DNA of 64,000 bases from Candidatus Latescibacterota bacterium (GTDB lineage: Bacteria > Latescibacterota > UBA2968 > UBA8231), in contig OZ241889.1 of NCBI GenBank assembly GCA_965203355.1, forward strand, positions 2,304,001 through 2,368,000, written 5' to 3'. This document shows positions 20,401-29,771 of the stretch, in pieces (position 1 is the first letter of the stretch; each line of letters starts with the position of its first letter). The notes beneath the pieces were generated by a model. It saw nothing but the letters and a program-made list of their open reading frames with translations. It made no database searches and was not told where the DNA came from. A program made the translations under genes and the position numbers.

Positions 20401-20641
20401 CCACGAAGGCAGTCCACACATCGAAGATGCGATTCGCAGCCGCCAGATCGATCTGATCATCAATACTCCGCTCGACGAACCTTCTTACTACGACGATTTT
20501 GCGGTGCGTCGAGCCGCGGTCGTAACCGGCGTGCCCTATACGACGACGATGGCTGGGGCGCGGGCCGCGGCCGCGGGCATCGAAGCGCTGCAACGCGCCG
20601 AATTGGGCGTGCAAGCTCTACAGGATTACCATCGGAGCTAG
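17423..20641 (+). CDS. carB: Carbamoyl-phosphate synthase large subunit
   Basis: MPKRTD.., [41 protein letters not shown]-terminal MGS domain. Confidence 0.98.
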   Translation: MPKRTDLQKIMLIGSGPIVIGQACEFDYSGTQACKALAEEGYEIVLVNSNPATIMTDPEVAHRTYIEPITPEICTRIIAEEKPQALLPTLGGQTALNAAVALAESGVLAEHNVEMIGASLDAIKMAEDRALFKAAMDRAGLAMPRGAFVHSLEEAQKHQAELGYPTIIRPAFTLGGSGGGVAHDAEEFARIVRHGLDLSPIDEVLIEESVLGWKEFELEVMRDHRDNVVIICSIENFDPMGVHTGDSITVAPAQTLSDKEYQDLRDAAIRIMREIGVDTGGSNIQFAVNPTDGRMVVIEMNPRVSRSSALASKATGFPIAKIAAKLAVGYSLDEIPNDITRETPASFEPTIDYVVTKIPRFTFEKFPSTPDALDTQMRSVGETMAIGRTFKESLQKGLRSLEVGRAGFGADGKDFSAAKVADEELREKLLRPNSQRMFYLKLAIAKGYTHDELYGLTGIDPWFLDQLYQLAELEQQLMREDVLADGALLRRAKEWGFSDRQLAHLKGCDEIDVRRRRRELDIRPVYKTVDTCAAEFEAHTPYHYSTYDREDEVQCSTRKKIAILGGGPNRIGQGIEFDYCCVHACFALREIGYETIMVNSNPETVSTDYDTADKLYFEPLTSEDVLHIVEREAPDGVIVQFGGQTPLNLAVELEREGVPIIGTSPRSIDLAEDRQRFGQLLNELGIRQPANGMAASCAEACAIAAQIGFPVLVRPSYVLGGRAMVIAYDVGSLETYMNEAIEVSPARPVLIDRYLQGAEEFDVDAVADGTDVVVGGIMQHIEHAGVHSGDSACALPPYDTPAKHIETMREHTHALARALDVVGLMNVQYAVYQGEVYAIEVNPRASRTVPFVSKAIGRPLAKIAALAMVGVSLREQGFTAEVAHRHIAVKEAVLPFIKFPGADSLLGPEMKSTGEVMGIGRDFGTAFLKAQMGAGSLLPSCGRVFISVADCDKEDVLPIARRLCAAGFELVATQGTRDFLGKHGIAAERVRKIHEGSPHIEDAIRSRQIDLIINTPLDEPSYYDDFAVRRAAVVTGVPYTTTMAGARAAAAGIEALQRAELGVQALQDYHRS

Positions 20642-20651
20642 GAGACAGCCC

Positions 20652-23273
20652 GTGCGGACCGCGCCCTTGGTGCTGTTGCTGGTTAGTTGTCTGGCGATTT
20701 CGGCCTGCGTCTATTTCAATACATTTTACAACGCCAAAAAATCCTTCCGCGCAGCCGAGAAAGAACGGCGCAAACACGAAGAGGCCTACGCCGACTGGGC
20801 CTTTGACCGGGCTGGCCCCGAATTGCAACGCCAGCGCTCGCCGCAGGCCGACCAACTCTACGACAAAGCGGTGCGCAAGGCGTCCAAAGTGCTCGACGAA
20901 TACAAGGAGAGCGACTGGGTCGACGACGCCATGTTCCTGATTGGCCGAGCGTATTACTGGCGCGGCCAATACCTCAATGCCCAAGAGTCGTTCCGCGACT
21001 TGGAAACCTTTTTCCCGTCCAGTCCGTACTTCGATCAAGCCCGCTACTGGCGCGCCCGCTGCCTAGCGGAACAGCGGGTTGACGACCAAGCGCAGTCGCT
21101 CTACCGAGTGCTGTTTGACGAGGCCGAGGAAAAAATAGCCGTTCAAGCGGGCCTACACTTAGCCGAGATGGCGCACGACCGCGAGGACTACATCGCCGCC
21201 ATGCGAGAATATCGGGCGACGTTAGCAGCCTTTCCCAAGAGCGCGGTGCGTGCCCAGTTGTGGTTGCGTTTGGGCGAGGCGCTGATGGCTTTGGGGGACC
21301 CGGCCCGCTTGGATGAAGCGCTAGCGGCTTTTGACGAAGTGCTAAAGGCCAATCCAAGCGACGAGCAAAAGTACCGCGCCCGGCTCAACAGCGGACGCGC
21401 CCTCTACGCCATGGGGGCGGAAGACGAGGCGCTGGATACATACGTCAGCCTGCTCGACGAGGGCGGCTTTCGCCGCTTTGAGGGGCGCACCCGGCTGCTA
21501 ATCGGCGAGTGGTATCAGGGCCGCCGCTTGCTCGGCGAGGCCCTATCTGAGTACGAGCAGGTGCGCAACGACTTCCCCCAAACGCCCTCGGCGGCTATGG
21601 CCCTGTATCGCATTGGCCTGCTGCATCTACAGGAATACGGGGATACCGAGTTGGGGCGCGAGTACCTGGAGGAGAGTAGCCGAGAGAGTCCAGGAGCGCA
21701 GGGCGTGCTTTTGGCCCAAGAGATGATGGGACACATGCGCCGGCTGGAGCAGGTCCAGCGCCAGATCCATCGCGCCGATTCGCTCTACGCCGACTCGCTA
21801 GGCGCGGTGCAGGGGCCGCTGTTGTGGCTGGCCGCAGCGGAGCCGGCCGACACAGTGGTAGTGGCGCGGAGTTTGGCGGTGCTGAACGACCTATTCAGCG
21901 CGTGTGAACTCTATCGCGACGACATCGGCCAGGCCGATTCGGCGCGCGCGTACTACGAGGAAGTACTCCGCCGCTTCCCAGACAGCGACCAATTGCCCCG
22001 CGCCGTGTACAGCCTCGCTTGGATCGAGTTGCAAATGCGCGGCGACGAAGAGGCTGCTAGGCCCCATTTGCTGCGGCTGATTGAGGAGTTTCCCACCTCG
22101 GCGCATGCCAACGAAGCCCGCCGCTTGCTGGGGCAAAAACTCGAGGCCACAGCCGAAGAGCTAGCGGCCCGTGCGTTTGCGCGGATCGAGACACTGCGCC
22201 TAGCGCAACCCGAGGCGACCGAGGTGTACATCCCCCTGTTGGACAGTTTGAGCCATGCGTTCGCCGGTACGCCGAGTGGGGGGCAAGCGGCGTTCTTGGC
22301 GGCCCATACCTACGAGAATGTCGTTGGAGATACGGGCGCAGCCGAATTGCGCTATCAGTTGTTGCGCGAAGAGTTCGCCGAGACGCGGTTTGGCAAGCTG
22401 GCCCAGCAGCGGTGGGAAATGCGCGAGGAAAAGCTCATCGACAAGCTGGAGCGCGGCCTGAAGGCGGTCGGCGGCCAGCTCGGCCTAGGGGAGCGGATTG
22501 CATTGCTCGCTTTGGAACCAGACACGCTCGACACGGTGGCGTTGGCGCGTAAATACATCGGCTTTGCCGAGCGCGCCCAGCGGCGCGGGGATGTTGCGCT
22601 GGCCCGCGATTTTTACGAGCGCAGCATCAACCAGCAGGTCGCCAACCCGCGCGCCCTGTATCAACTGGGCAATGTTAGCTGGGCGGAAGGCTATTTCAAC
22701 GACGCCATTGCGTTCTACCGCCAGGCCCTATCCTTTGACAAGAGTAATCTCAACCTCTACTACCGACTCTGGCGCGCCTTTACCGAACAGGGCGTAGAGG
22801 ACTCGGCCAACTACTATCTGCGGGAGGTTGCACGACGCGACCGCAACAGCGCGCAGATTCGCTTTTTGCTGGATCAGTACCCGGATTTTCAGGGGGGCCA
22901 AGACCGCGAGGACTTGGACGTGGAAGCGATGATCGAGCTCGACTTGTCGATTCCGCCAGACGAGTTGGGGTGGAAGGAGGGCGACTGGGCGCTGAGCGAT
23001 TGGCCGCTGGTTCGGCAGGTGGTGCGGCCGGTCTATCCGGCGGCGGCTGAGGATTCGGCTGAGGTATTGCTCGACGTGCTGATCGACCGCGAGGGACGGC
23101 CCGAGCAAGTGGAGGTCTTTCGCGGGGAACCTCCTTTTGTCGAGCGGGCGGTGGATGCGGCGTATGGCTATAGCTTCTATCCGGCGGTGGGCCGCAATGG
23201 CGAAGCGATCAAGTCGTGGGTCGAGTTGACTGTGCCGTTTGGCTTGCCACAAGGCGAAGGGAAAGAGCCGTGA
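20652..23273 (+). CDS. TPR-repeat lipoprotein with C-terminal TonB_C-like domain
   Basis: Lipobox AISAC then VYFNTFYNAKK; many TPR units; C-terminus PVYP...VLLDVLIDREGRPEQV...FYPAV...WVELTVPF. Confidence 0.75.
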   Translation: MRTAPLVLLLVSCLAISACVYFNTFYNAKKSFRAAEKERRKHEEAYADWAFDRAGPELQRQRSPQADQLYDKAVRKASKVLDEYKESDWVDDAMFLIGRAYYWRGQYLNAQESFRDLETFFPSSPYFDQARYWRARCLAEQRVDDQAQSLYRVLFDEAEEKIAVQAGLHLAEMAHDREDYIAAMREYRATLAAFPKSAVRAQLWLRLGEALMALGDPARLDEALAAFDEVLKANPSDEQKYRARLNSGRALYAMGAEDEALDTYVSLLDEGGFRRFEGRTRLLIGEWYQGRRLLGEALSEYEQVRNDFPQTPSAAMALYRIGLLHLQEYGDTELGREYLEESSRESPGAQGVLLAQEMMGHMRRLEQVQRQIHRADSLYADSLGAVQGPLLWLAAAEPADTVVVARSLAVLNDLFSACELYRDDIGQADSARAYYEEVLRRFPDSDQLPRAVYSLAWIELQMRGDEEAARPHLLRLIEEFPTSAHANEARRLLGQKLEATAEELAARAFARIETLRLAQPEATEVYIPLLDSLSHAFAGTPSGGQAAFLAAHTYENVVGDTGAAELRYQLLREEFAETRFGKLAQQRWEMREEKLIDKLERGLKAVGGQLGLGERIALLALEPDTLDTVALARKYIGFAERAQRRGDVALARDFYERSINQQVANPRALYQLGNVSWAEGYFNDAIAFYRQALSFDKSNLNLYYRLWRAFTEQGVEDSANYYLREVARRDRNSAQIRFLLDQYPDFQGGQDREDLDVEAMIELDLSIPPDELGWKEGDWALSDWPLVRQVVRPVYPAAAEDSAEVLLDVLIDREGRPEQVEVFRGEPPFVERAVDAAYGYSFYPAVGRNGEAIKSWVELTVPFGLPQGEGKEP

Positions 23274-24082
23274 TCGACGAGCAAGCGCGTCTGTTGAGCA
23301 ACCGCGAAGTGGCCGCGGACTTCTATTTGGCGCGTCTTAACGCGCCCTACATTGCCGCGCGGATTGAGCCGGGTCAGTTTGTCAACATTCAGGTCGGCGC
23401 GGGAATGGCTCCCTTGTTGCGCGTCCCTCTGAGCGTTAGCGGCGTCGACCGCGAGGCCGGTATCATCGAGGTATTGTACGAAAAGGTCGGACCGAAGACT
23501 CGAGCGCTGAGCCAGTTCGGGCCGGATGCGGTCTGGCCCACGCTCGGCCCGTTGGGCAAGGGGTTCGCGCCGCCGCCCAAGGGTGCGCGTGTCGTGCTGG
23601 TTGGGGGCGGCATTGGTGTGCCGCCGCTGTTGTACTGGGGGTTGAAACTGAGGCAGCGTGCGTACCAAACTGCGTTGTTGGTTGGAGCGCGGGCGGCGGA
23701 CAAGCACTTGCCCAGCGAGTTGCTGACATCGGCGGCGGACCGAGTGCGCCGCGCCACCGACGACGGCAGCCTTGGACACGCGGGCTTGGTCACCGATCTG
23801 TTGCAAGACGCGCTCGCTGAAAAGGGGCCGTGCGCGGTTTATTGCTGTGGTCCGCACGGGATGATGCAGGCCGTGGCTGCTATATGTCTAGCGGCCCAAG
23901 TTCCGTGTCAGGTTTCGCTCGAAGAGTACATGGCTTGCGGCATCGGCATCTGCGTGGGCTGCGCCGTTGAGTTGGCGACGGCCCAAGGCGACGCGGATTA
24001 CGGTCGCTACGCCCGCATCTGCGTGGATGGGCCGGCATTTGACGTGCGGCAGATAAAATGGAGCAGCGCATGGCCGACCTGA
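23270..24082 (+). CDS. pyrK: Dihydroorotate dehydrogenase electron transfer subunit
   Basis: PGQFV, RVPLS, GGGIGVPP, CGPHGM, EEYMACGIGICVGC...C; GTGA overlap with the upstream stop. Confidence 0.92.
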   Translation: MIDEQARLLSNREVAADFYLARLNAPYIAARIEPGQFVNIQVGAGMAPLLRVPLSVSGVDREAGIIEVLYEKVGPKTRALSQFGPDAVWPTLGPLGKGFAPPPKGARVVLVGGGIGVPPLLYWGLKLRQRAYQTALLVGARAADKHLPSELLTSAADRVRRATDDGSLGHAGLVTDLLQDALAEKGPCAVYCCGPHGMMQAVAAICLAAQVPCQVSLEEYMACGIGICVGCAVELATAQGDADYGRYARICVDGPAFDVRQIKWSSAWPT

Positions 24083-24981
24083 GCATAGACTTTGCTGGCG
24101 TGCCACTGCGCAACCCGGTGCTGCTCGCTTCGGGCACCTGCAACTACGGTCAGGAGCTTTTGCCGCTGACTGATTTTGCGCGCTTGGGTGGGCTGGTCAC
24201 CAAGACCATTACGCCGCAGCCTCGGGGCGGCAATCCTCCCCAGCGCATCGTCGAGACGCCAGCCGGAATGCTCAATTCCATTGGCTTGCAAAACCCCGGG
24301 CTGGAGGCTTTCATCGCGCAGCAATGGCCTTTGCTGGCCGATTTGGACGCGCAGGTCGTGGTAAATATCGCCGGATTCGCGGTCGAGGAGTTCGGACAGA
24401 TGGCGGCGAGTCTCGAAGCGTTGCCAGGCATTGCTGCGCTCGAAGTCAATATATCCTGCCCTAATGTCGAAGCCGGAGGCGACAATTTCGCCACGCGACC
24501 CCAAACCGCGGCCGCCGCCCTTGCCGCGGTCCGCGGCCGCACTCAGCGCCCGGTCATCGCCAAGCTGACGCCCAATGTCACAGATATTGCCGAAGTGGCC
24601 CGGGCCGTGGTGGATGCGGGAGCGGATGCGATCTCCCTGATCAATACGCTGGTTGGCATGGCCATTGACGTGGAGCGGCGGCGGCCGGTCTTGGGCGGTA
24701 TCACAGGCGGTTTGTCCGGCCCGGCGATCAAGCCCGTAGCCCTCGCCATGGTGTGGAAGGTGGCCCAAGCCGTCTCCGTGCCTATCATGGGCATCGGCGG
24801 CATCACCACCGCGCGCGACGCGCTAGAATTCATGGTCGCTGGTGCTTCGGCCGTTCAAGTCGGCACGGCCAGTTTTGCCAATCCCAACGCCGGCGTCGCG
24901 ATCGTCGAGGACCTCCACGCCTATTGCGACGAGCGCGGCATGGACCGCATTGCTTCGCTCGTGGGCAGCTTGCGCGATTAG
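24070..24981 (+). CDS. pyrD: Dihydroorotate dehydrogenase class 1B catalytic subunit
   Basis: ASGT, NSIGLQNPG, NISCPN, KLTPN, INTL, GGLSGPAIKP. Confidence 0.95.
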   Translation: MADLSIDFAGVPLRNPVLLASGTCNYGQELLPLTDFARLGGLVTKTITPQPRGGNPPQRIVETPAGMLNSIGLQNPGLEAFIAQQWPLLADLDAQVVVNIAGFAVEEFGQMAASLEALPGIAALEVNISCPNVEAGGDNFATRPQTAAAALAAVRGRTQRPVIAKLTPNVTDIAEVARAVVDAGADAISLINTLVGMAIDVERRRPVLGGITGGLSGPAIKPVALAMVWKVAQAVSVPIMGIGGITTARDALEFMVAGASAVQVGTASFANPNAGVAIVEDLHAYCDERGMDRIASLVGSLRD

Positions 24982-25023
24982 CTATCCTTGTTTTTTTAAG
25001 GCATAATTTTAGATTTACAAGGT

Positions 25024-26214
25024 ATGATTCCGCGCCGGACCCATAAAATCGTGGCTAACGCCTTGGACCGACAAGCGGCGGTCGCCCTAATTGGGCCGCG
25101 TCAGGCTGGCAAGACCACGCTCGCTTACGAGATCGCAAAGCAGACGGACGCGCTGTACCTCGATCTCGAATCAAGCGTTGATCGGGCGAAACTCGCCGAT
25201 GCGCGGCTTTTTCTCGCCGAGTACGAAGACCGGTTGGTTGTTCTCGACGAGATCCATCGTGCGCCCGGGCTGTTCCCCGAACTTCGCGGCATGATCGACC
25301 AAGGCCGGAGACGCGGAAAGCGGACCGGCCGTTTTCTGCTCCTCGGATCGGCGTCCGTAGAACTGCTCAGACAGTCGGGGGAGAGTTTGGCCGGCCGGAT
25401 TGAGTACGTGCCGCTCGCTCCGTTTGATGTGCTGGACGTGTCGCCGGAGATGGCGTCCGCGACCAAACTATGGGTGCGCGGCGGGTTTCCCGACAGTCTG
25501 CTGGCGGCGAGCGACGGCGCTAGCCTAATTTTCCGCCGCAACTTGATTCGCACCTACTTGGAACGGGACGTATCCGAGTTTAGCGGACGGCGCATACCGG
25601 CCGAGACGCTGGAGCGGCTGTGGACCATGCTCGCGCATAGCCAGGGTGCATTGCTGAACGCATCAAAGCTAGCCGCTAGCTTGATGATCAGTAGCCCAAC
25701 GGTGGCCGGTTATATTGATTTGCTGGTCGATCTGTTGCTGGTGCGCCGCCTGCGACCATTCTACGCCAACACGAGTAAGCGCCTCGTTAAGTCTCCCAAA
25801 ATTTACATCCGAGATAGTGGTCTGGTCCACGCGCTACTCGGCCTTGACAGCCACAACGCGCTCATTGGCCATCCGGTCGCTGGCGCTAGCTGGGAAGGGT
25901 TTGTCATCGAGAACTTGTTGGCCGCGGCCCCAGCCGGGACTGCTGCACACTTCTACCGCACTCAAGCCGGGGCCGAGATCGACTTGGTACTGGAGTTGCC
26001 GGGCGAAAGCGCACCTTGGGCTGTCGAAGTCAAACTGGGGTTGGTGCCCAGCATGGGCCGCGGGTTTTACAACGCCTGCGAGGATGTCGCACCGCAGCGA
26101 GCCTTTGTCGTGTACTCGGGCGATGAGCACTATCCATTGTCAACAGGTGTCGAAGCGATTGGCCTGCGGGCGATGGCCAAGCTACTCTACGAGCAAACGC
26201 GCGGTCTGGCTTAA
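25024..26214 (+). CDS. AAA_14 ATPase with DUF4143 and C-terminal PD-(D/E)xK-like domain
   Basis: GPRQAGKT, LDEIH, ESLAGR, GGFP, KSPKIYIRDSG, EIDLV...VEVK. Confidence 0.88.
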   Translation: MIPRRTHKIVANALDRQAAVALIGPRQAGKTTLAYEIAKQTDALYLDLESSVDRAKLADARLFLAEYEDRLVVLDEIHRAPGLFPELRGMIDQGRRRGKRTGRFLLLGSASVELLRQSGESLAGRIEYVPLAPFDVLDVSPEMASATKLWVRGGFPDSLLAASDGASLIFRRNLIRTYLERDVSEFSGRRIPAETLERLWTMLAHSQGALLNASKLAASLMISSPTVAGYIDLLVDLLLVRRLRPFYANTSKRLVKSPKIYIRDSGLVHALLGLDSHNALIGHPVAGASWEGFVIENLLAAAPAGTAAHFYRTQAGAEIDLVLELPGESAPWAVEVKLGLVPSMGRGFYNACEDVAPQRAFVVYSGDEHYPLSTGVEAIGLRAMAKLLYEQTRGLA

Positions 26215-26236
26215 ATCCGCATCCCGCCCTTTGTGC

Positions 26237-26860
26237 CTACCGCATCGGCACGAAACGCACGGGTAGGAGTTGGCGCTGGCTGAGGCCGGCCGCGCTGCGC
26301 TCGACCAAGACTAAGTGCTGGCGTTGGGAGCCTAGCGGCAGAATGAAGCGGCCCTTAGACGCTAGTTGTTCGGTCAGAGCGGGTGGGATGGTCGCCGGGG
26401 CAGCCGAGCATACAATGGCGTCAAAAGGCGCGGCCTCGGGCCAGCCCATGCGGCCGTCGCCGACGCGGAGAGCGACATGGCCATAGCCTGTGTCGGTGAG
26501 CACGAGACGGGCTTGGGTGGCCAGTTCGGAAAAGAATTCAATACTATAGACTTGGTCGGCCAGTTCGGCGAGCAGGGCCGTTTGGTACCCAGAGCCGGTG
26601 CCAATCTCCAAGACCCGTTCTCGGCCCTGCAAGCCGAGTGCCGCGAGCATGTAGGCCACTACGTATGGCTGCGATATGGTTTGGTCTGCGCCGATGGCCA
26701 GCGGGTGGTCGGCATAGGCGTGGGGGCGCAGGGTCGCCGGGACGTAGCAATGCCTTGGGACGCGCGCGAATGCCGCGAGTACGCGCGAGTCGCCAATGCC
26801 GCGCTGGCTGAGTTGTTCGCGCACCATAGCGCGGCGTTGGTCGGCATAGGAAGCCATCAC
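26237..26860 (-). CDS. pcm: Protein-L-isoaspartate O-methyltransferase
   Basis: QTISQP, VLEIGTGSGY, GDGRMGWPEAAPFD, VRFVPM. Confidence 0.95.
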   Translation of the reverse strand: MMASYADQRRAMVREQLSQRGIGDSRVLAAFARVPRHCYVPATLRPHAYADHPLAIGADQTISQPYVVAYMLAALGLQGRERVLEIGTGSGYQTALLAELADQVYSIEFFSELATQARLVLTDTGYGHVALRVGDGRMGWPEAAPFDAIVCSAAPATIPPALTEQLASKGRFILPLGSQRQHLVLVERSAAGLSQRQLLPVRFVPMR

Positions 26861-27750
26861 GTATGCTGGAGGAGGGCTAAGGCCGCATCTATGGCGGCCG
26901 CAGTGGGGATGGCAGCGATGTCAGCAACGGGTGCTTGCAGGACTTGGCTGCGCTTGCCGCACGGGGCCCACAGCCGGGGGTCCGTGGGGCCAAACAGCGT
27001 CAGGGTTGGGGTGCCGACGGCCGCGGCTATGTGCCCAGGGCCGGAGTCGTTGCCGATGAAGAGCGCGGCTTTGGCGAGCAGGCCGGCGAGGGAGCGCAGG
27101 TCTGGGGGGTGGAGCGTGGGGAGGTCGCCGATGGTGAGTTGTCGTTCGCGTTCGACCGGGCCGTACAGGAGCGCGGTATGCCAGCCTCTTTTTTGCAATG
27201 CACTGGCGAGGGCGTGGAAATTCGCCACGGGCCAGCACTTGGCTGGCGCGCCACTGCCTAAGTGGATGACGACTTCGGGCGCAGCGGCGAGCGCATCTAC
27301 ATAGCCGTAGTCGCCGGGCCGCAGCGCGATGTGTGGAACGCGGTCGCTGGCGGGCAGCCCCCAGGGCCGCAAGGGGCTTAGCAAGTGATCGACAATGTGC
27401 CCACGAAAATCGGCCGGGGGCCGCGGGTCCCACAGCAGCACGGGGCCGGCGACGGCTCGGCGCAGTTGCGGGCCGAAGTGTTGGGCATCCACCGCATAGG
27501 CTAGCACGCGCTGCGTAGCGGCGAAGAGCTGGTGGGTGGCCGGGGGAAGCGGCCCAGCGCGGTGCAGGGGAATCAAGCGCGGGTCTTCGCTGTCGAGGAT
27601 GGAGGCCGTTGGGCCGAGTGCTAGGGTTGCCGGACGGCCGATAAAGCGCAAGTCAGCGGTGGGAAAGGCCCGGCGCACAGCATGGATGGCGGGTAGGGTG
27701 AGGACAAAGTCGCCGATGGCCCCGCCGCGAAATATGATTATCTCGCTCAA
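26857..27750 (-). CDS. Glycosyltransferase family 9 (heptosyltransferase-like)
   Basis: GAIGD, HLGSG..KCWP, GNDSGPGHIAAA, LFGPT. Confidence 0.88.
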   Translation of the reverse strand: MSEIIIFRGGAIGDFVLTLPAIHAVRRAFPTADLRFIGRPATLALGPTASILDSEDPRLIPLHRAGPLPPATHQLFAATQRVLAYAVDAQHFGPQLRRAVAGPVLLWDPRPPADFRGHIVDHLLSPLRPWGLPASDRVPHIALRPGDYGYVDALAAAPEVVIHLGSGAPAKCWPVANFHALASALQKRGWHTALLYGPVERERQLTIGDLPTLHPPDLRSLAGLLAKAALFIGNDSGPGHIAAAVGTPTLTLFGPTDPRLWAPCGKRSQVLQAPVADIAAIPTAAAIDAALALLQHT

Positions 27751-27849
27751 TTTTGCCGCTCTGTTGTAGGCGTCTCTTGCCCGCTAGGAAATTTTTGCAT
27801 AATTTTTACAATTCTGTTTACGCGACAACTATCTGAAGGAGTTGGCCTT

Positions 27850-28467
27850 ATGGGGGCCTTGATTGGCAAGAAATTGGGCATGACGCAGGTGTACAACGAC
27901 CGCGAGGAGCTCACGCCGGTGACGATCGTCGCGGCCGGGCCCTGCCCGGTGGTACAAGTGCGAACCAAAGAGAACAATGGGTACTCGGCGTTGCAGCTCG
28001 CATTCGACGAAGTGCCAGAGCGCAAGCTGACCAAGCCGCAGAAGGGCCATCTGGACAAGGCCGGCGTGAGCGGGCACCGCGTTCTGCGCGAATTTCGCGG
28101 CGAAGAGGGTGCGTTTGAGGTCGGCCAAGTCTTGGATGTGAGCCAGTTTGAGGTCGGCCACCGAGTCAAAGTGACGGGCAAATCCAAGGGCAAGGGGTTT
28201 GCTGGGGTGGTCAAGCGCCACGGTTTCCGCGGCAAGAACGCCAGCCACGGCACGCCCAATACCGTGCGCCACGGAGGCTCCATCGGCCAGGGCACGACGC
28301 CGGGTAAGGTGTGGAAGGGCAAGAAAATGCCCGGCCAGATGGGCAATAAGCGAGTCTCCACCAAGGGGTTGACCGTCGAACGGATCGACGCCGATCGCAA
28401 CTTGCTGTTCCTCAAAGGAGCGGTGCCAGGCGGGGCCAACGGCTACGTCCTGATACAGACCATTTAA
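27850..28467 (+). CDS. rplC: 50S ribosomal protein L3, stand-alone
   Basis: GKKLGMTQ, GYSALQL, SKGKGFAGVVKRHGF, GSIGQ..PGKV.KGKKMPG.MG, KGAVPG; AAGGAG SD. Confidence 0.97.
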   Translation: MGALIGKKLGMTQVYNDREELTPVTIVAAGPCPVVQVRTKENNGYSALQLAFDEVPERKLTKPQKGHLDKAGVSGHRVLREFRGEEGAFEVGQVLDVSQFEVGHRVKVTGKSKGKGFAGVVKRHGFRGKNASHGTPNTVRHGGSIGQGTTPGKVWKGKKMPGQMGNKRVSTKGLTVERIDADRNLLFLKGAVPGGANGYVLIQTI

Positions 28468-28491
28468 GCCCTCTGTCTTAAGAGCGTTTGC

Positions 28492-28525
28492 GAGGCGGTG
28501 CCCGGTGTGGCATCGCCTCTTTTTT
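28492..28525 (+). terminator. Intrinsic terminator of rplC
   Basis: GAGGCGGTGCC-CGGTGT-GGCATCGCCTC-TTTTTT. Confidence 0.8.
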
Positions 28526-28871
28526 ATCCTGGGGGCCACTGCATAGGGCGGCCGCCGAGCAGGTGGACGTGGAGGTGAGCGACCGTTTGCCCGCCGTCGG
28601 CACCGGCATTGACGACCAAGCGGTAGCCGGTTGCGGCTAGGCCCTGCTCGGCGGCGATCTGACTGGCTTTGAGCAGCAGGTGACCGAGCAGGGGGCGGTG
28701 TTCGGATACGGCGTGTTGTACGCCGGCGACGACTTCCTTGGGGATGACGAGGATGTGCGTCGGGGCTTGGGGTTGGATGTCGCGGAAAGCCAGACAGGCA
28801 TCGTCCTCATAGACGATGTCGGCGGGAATTTCGCGGCGGATGATCTTGCTAAAAATGGTTTCCGCACTCAT
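28524..28871 (-). CDS. Histidine triad nucleotide-binding protein (HinT-like)
   Basis: [32 protein letters not shown]. Confidence 0.93.
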   Translation of the reverse strand: MSAETIFSKIIRREIPADIVYEDDACLAFRDIQPQAPTHILVIPKEVVAGVQHAVSEHRPLLGHLLLKASQIAAEQGLAATGYRLVVNAGADGGQTVAHLHVHLLGGRPMQWPPG

Positions 28872-28953
28872 CGGCCTTTCTCACATGGCTTAGGGACGTG
28901 GTTGGGGCGGATTATAGGCGCGGCGGCTGGAGGCGTCAAGGCGGGCGCTAACT

Positions 28954-29664
28954 ATGGATCTGAGCATCGTCATACCCGCGTACAACGAAGAGAAGCGAAT
29001 TCTCATCGCTCTGGAACAGACGCTCGCGTTGCTACAGCAGCGGCCGTGGTCCTGTGAATTGCTGGTCGTGGATGACGGCAGCACGGACCGCACGGTCGCC
29101 TGCATTGCCGAGTACGCCCGCCCGCATCCGCAAATCCGCTGTGTGCAAAACGACCGCAACCGAGGCAAGGGCTATTCCGTGCAGCACGGCGTGGCCGAGG
29201 CCCGGGGCCGGTACATCGGCTTTATGGACGGGGACTACAAGACCGACATCGCCGCGCTCGATCAGGTGATGCCCTTATTGGCAGCCGGGTGGGACGGCGT
29301 GATCGGCGACCGGACGCTGTGCGCGACCGAATTCGTCGTCGTGCGTCGGCGCTACCGGCAGTGGGGAAGCGAGGCGTTTGGCTGGCTCTTGCGCACGCTG
29401 ATGGGCTTGGGCGAGTTCGACGACACTCAGTGCGGATTTAAGTTTTTTCAGGCCGCGGTAGTGCGCGACCTCTGCGCACGGCAGCAAATCGCCGGGTTTA
29501 TGTTCGACGTGGAACTGCTACTACTGGCGCACCAATCGGGCTACCGCATTGCAAAGATCCCCGTGAAGTGGCGCTTTGACCCAGATAGCCGCTTTAATCC
29601 GGTGATCGGGACGCTGGCCAATCTCAAGGATTTGGCGCGGATCCACTGGGTGCATCGCCGCTGA
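28954..29664 (+). CDS. GT2 polyprenyl-phosphate glycosyltransferase (DPG-synthase-like)
   Basis: IPAYNE, VDDGSTD, NRGKG, DGD, DTQCGFK, FDVELL. Confidence 0.88.
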   Translation: MDLSIVIPAYNEEKRILIALEQTLALLQQRPWSCELLVVDDGSTDRTVACIAEYARPHPQIRCVQNDRNRGKGYSVQHGVAEARGRYIGFMDGDYKTDIAALDQVMPLLAAGWDGVIGDRTLCATEFVVVRRRYRQWGSEAFGWLLRTLMGLGEFDDTQCGFKFFQAAVVRDLCARQQIAGFMFDVELLLLAHQSGYRIAKIPVKWRFDPDSRFNPVIGTLANLKDLARIHWVHRR

Positions 29665-29667
29665 GGG

Positions 29668-29771
29668 ATTAGTGGTCAGTGGTCAGTGGTCAGTGGTCAG
29701 TGGTCAGTAACATCCTCTCGTAGGGTGTGGTGCGGAGACTGGCCACCGGCCACCGGCCACTGACCACTAAT
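29668..29771. repeat. Inverted pair of heptamer tandem arrays, (AGTGGTC)5 and (G[G/A]CCAC[C/T])4
   Basis: Left arm 29668-29708 and degenerate reverse-complement arm 29738-29771, between convergent genes. Confidence 0.85.

Noticed and set aside
19379-20614. 411-aa antisense ORF and similar long shadow ORFs (41810-42685, 27829-28539, 31123-32112)
   Set aside because: High-GC shadow frames of well-supported genes with no recognisable motifs.
17423-20641. carB without adjacent carA
   Set aside because: Split carA/carB is common in bacteria.
29668-29771. Possible CRISPR array
   Set aside because: 7-bp tandem units with no spacers and no cas genes.
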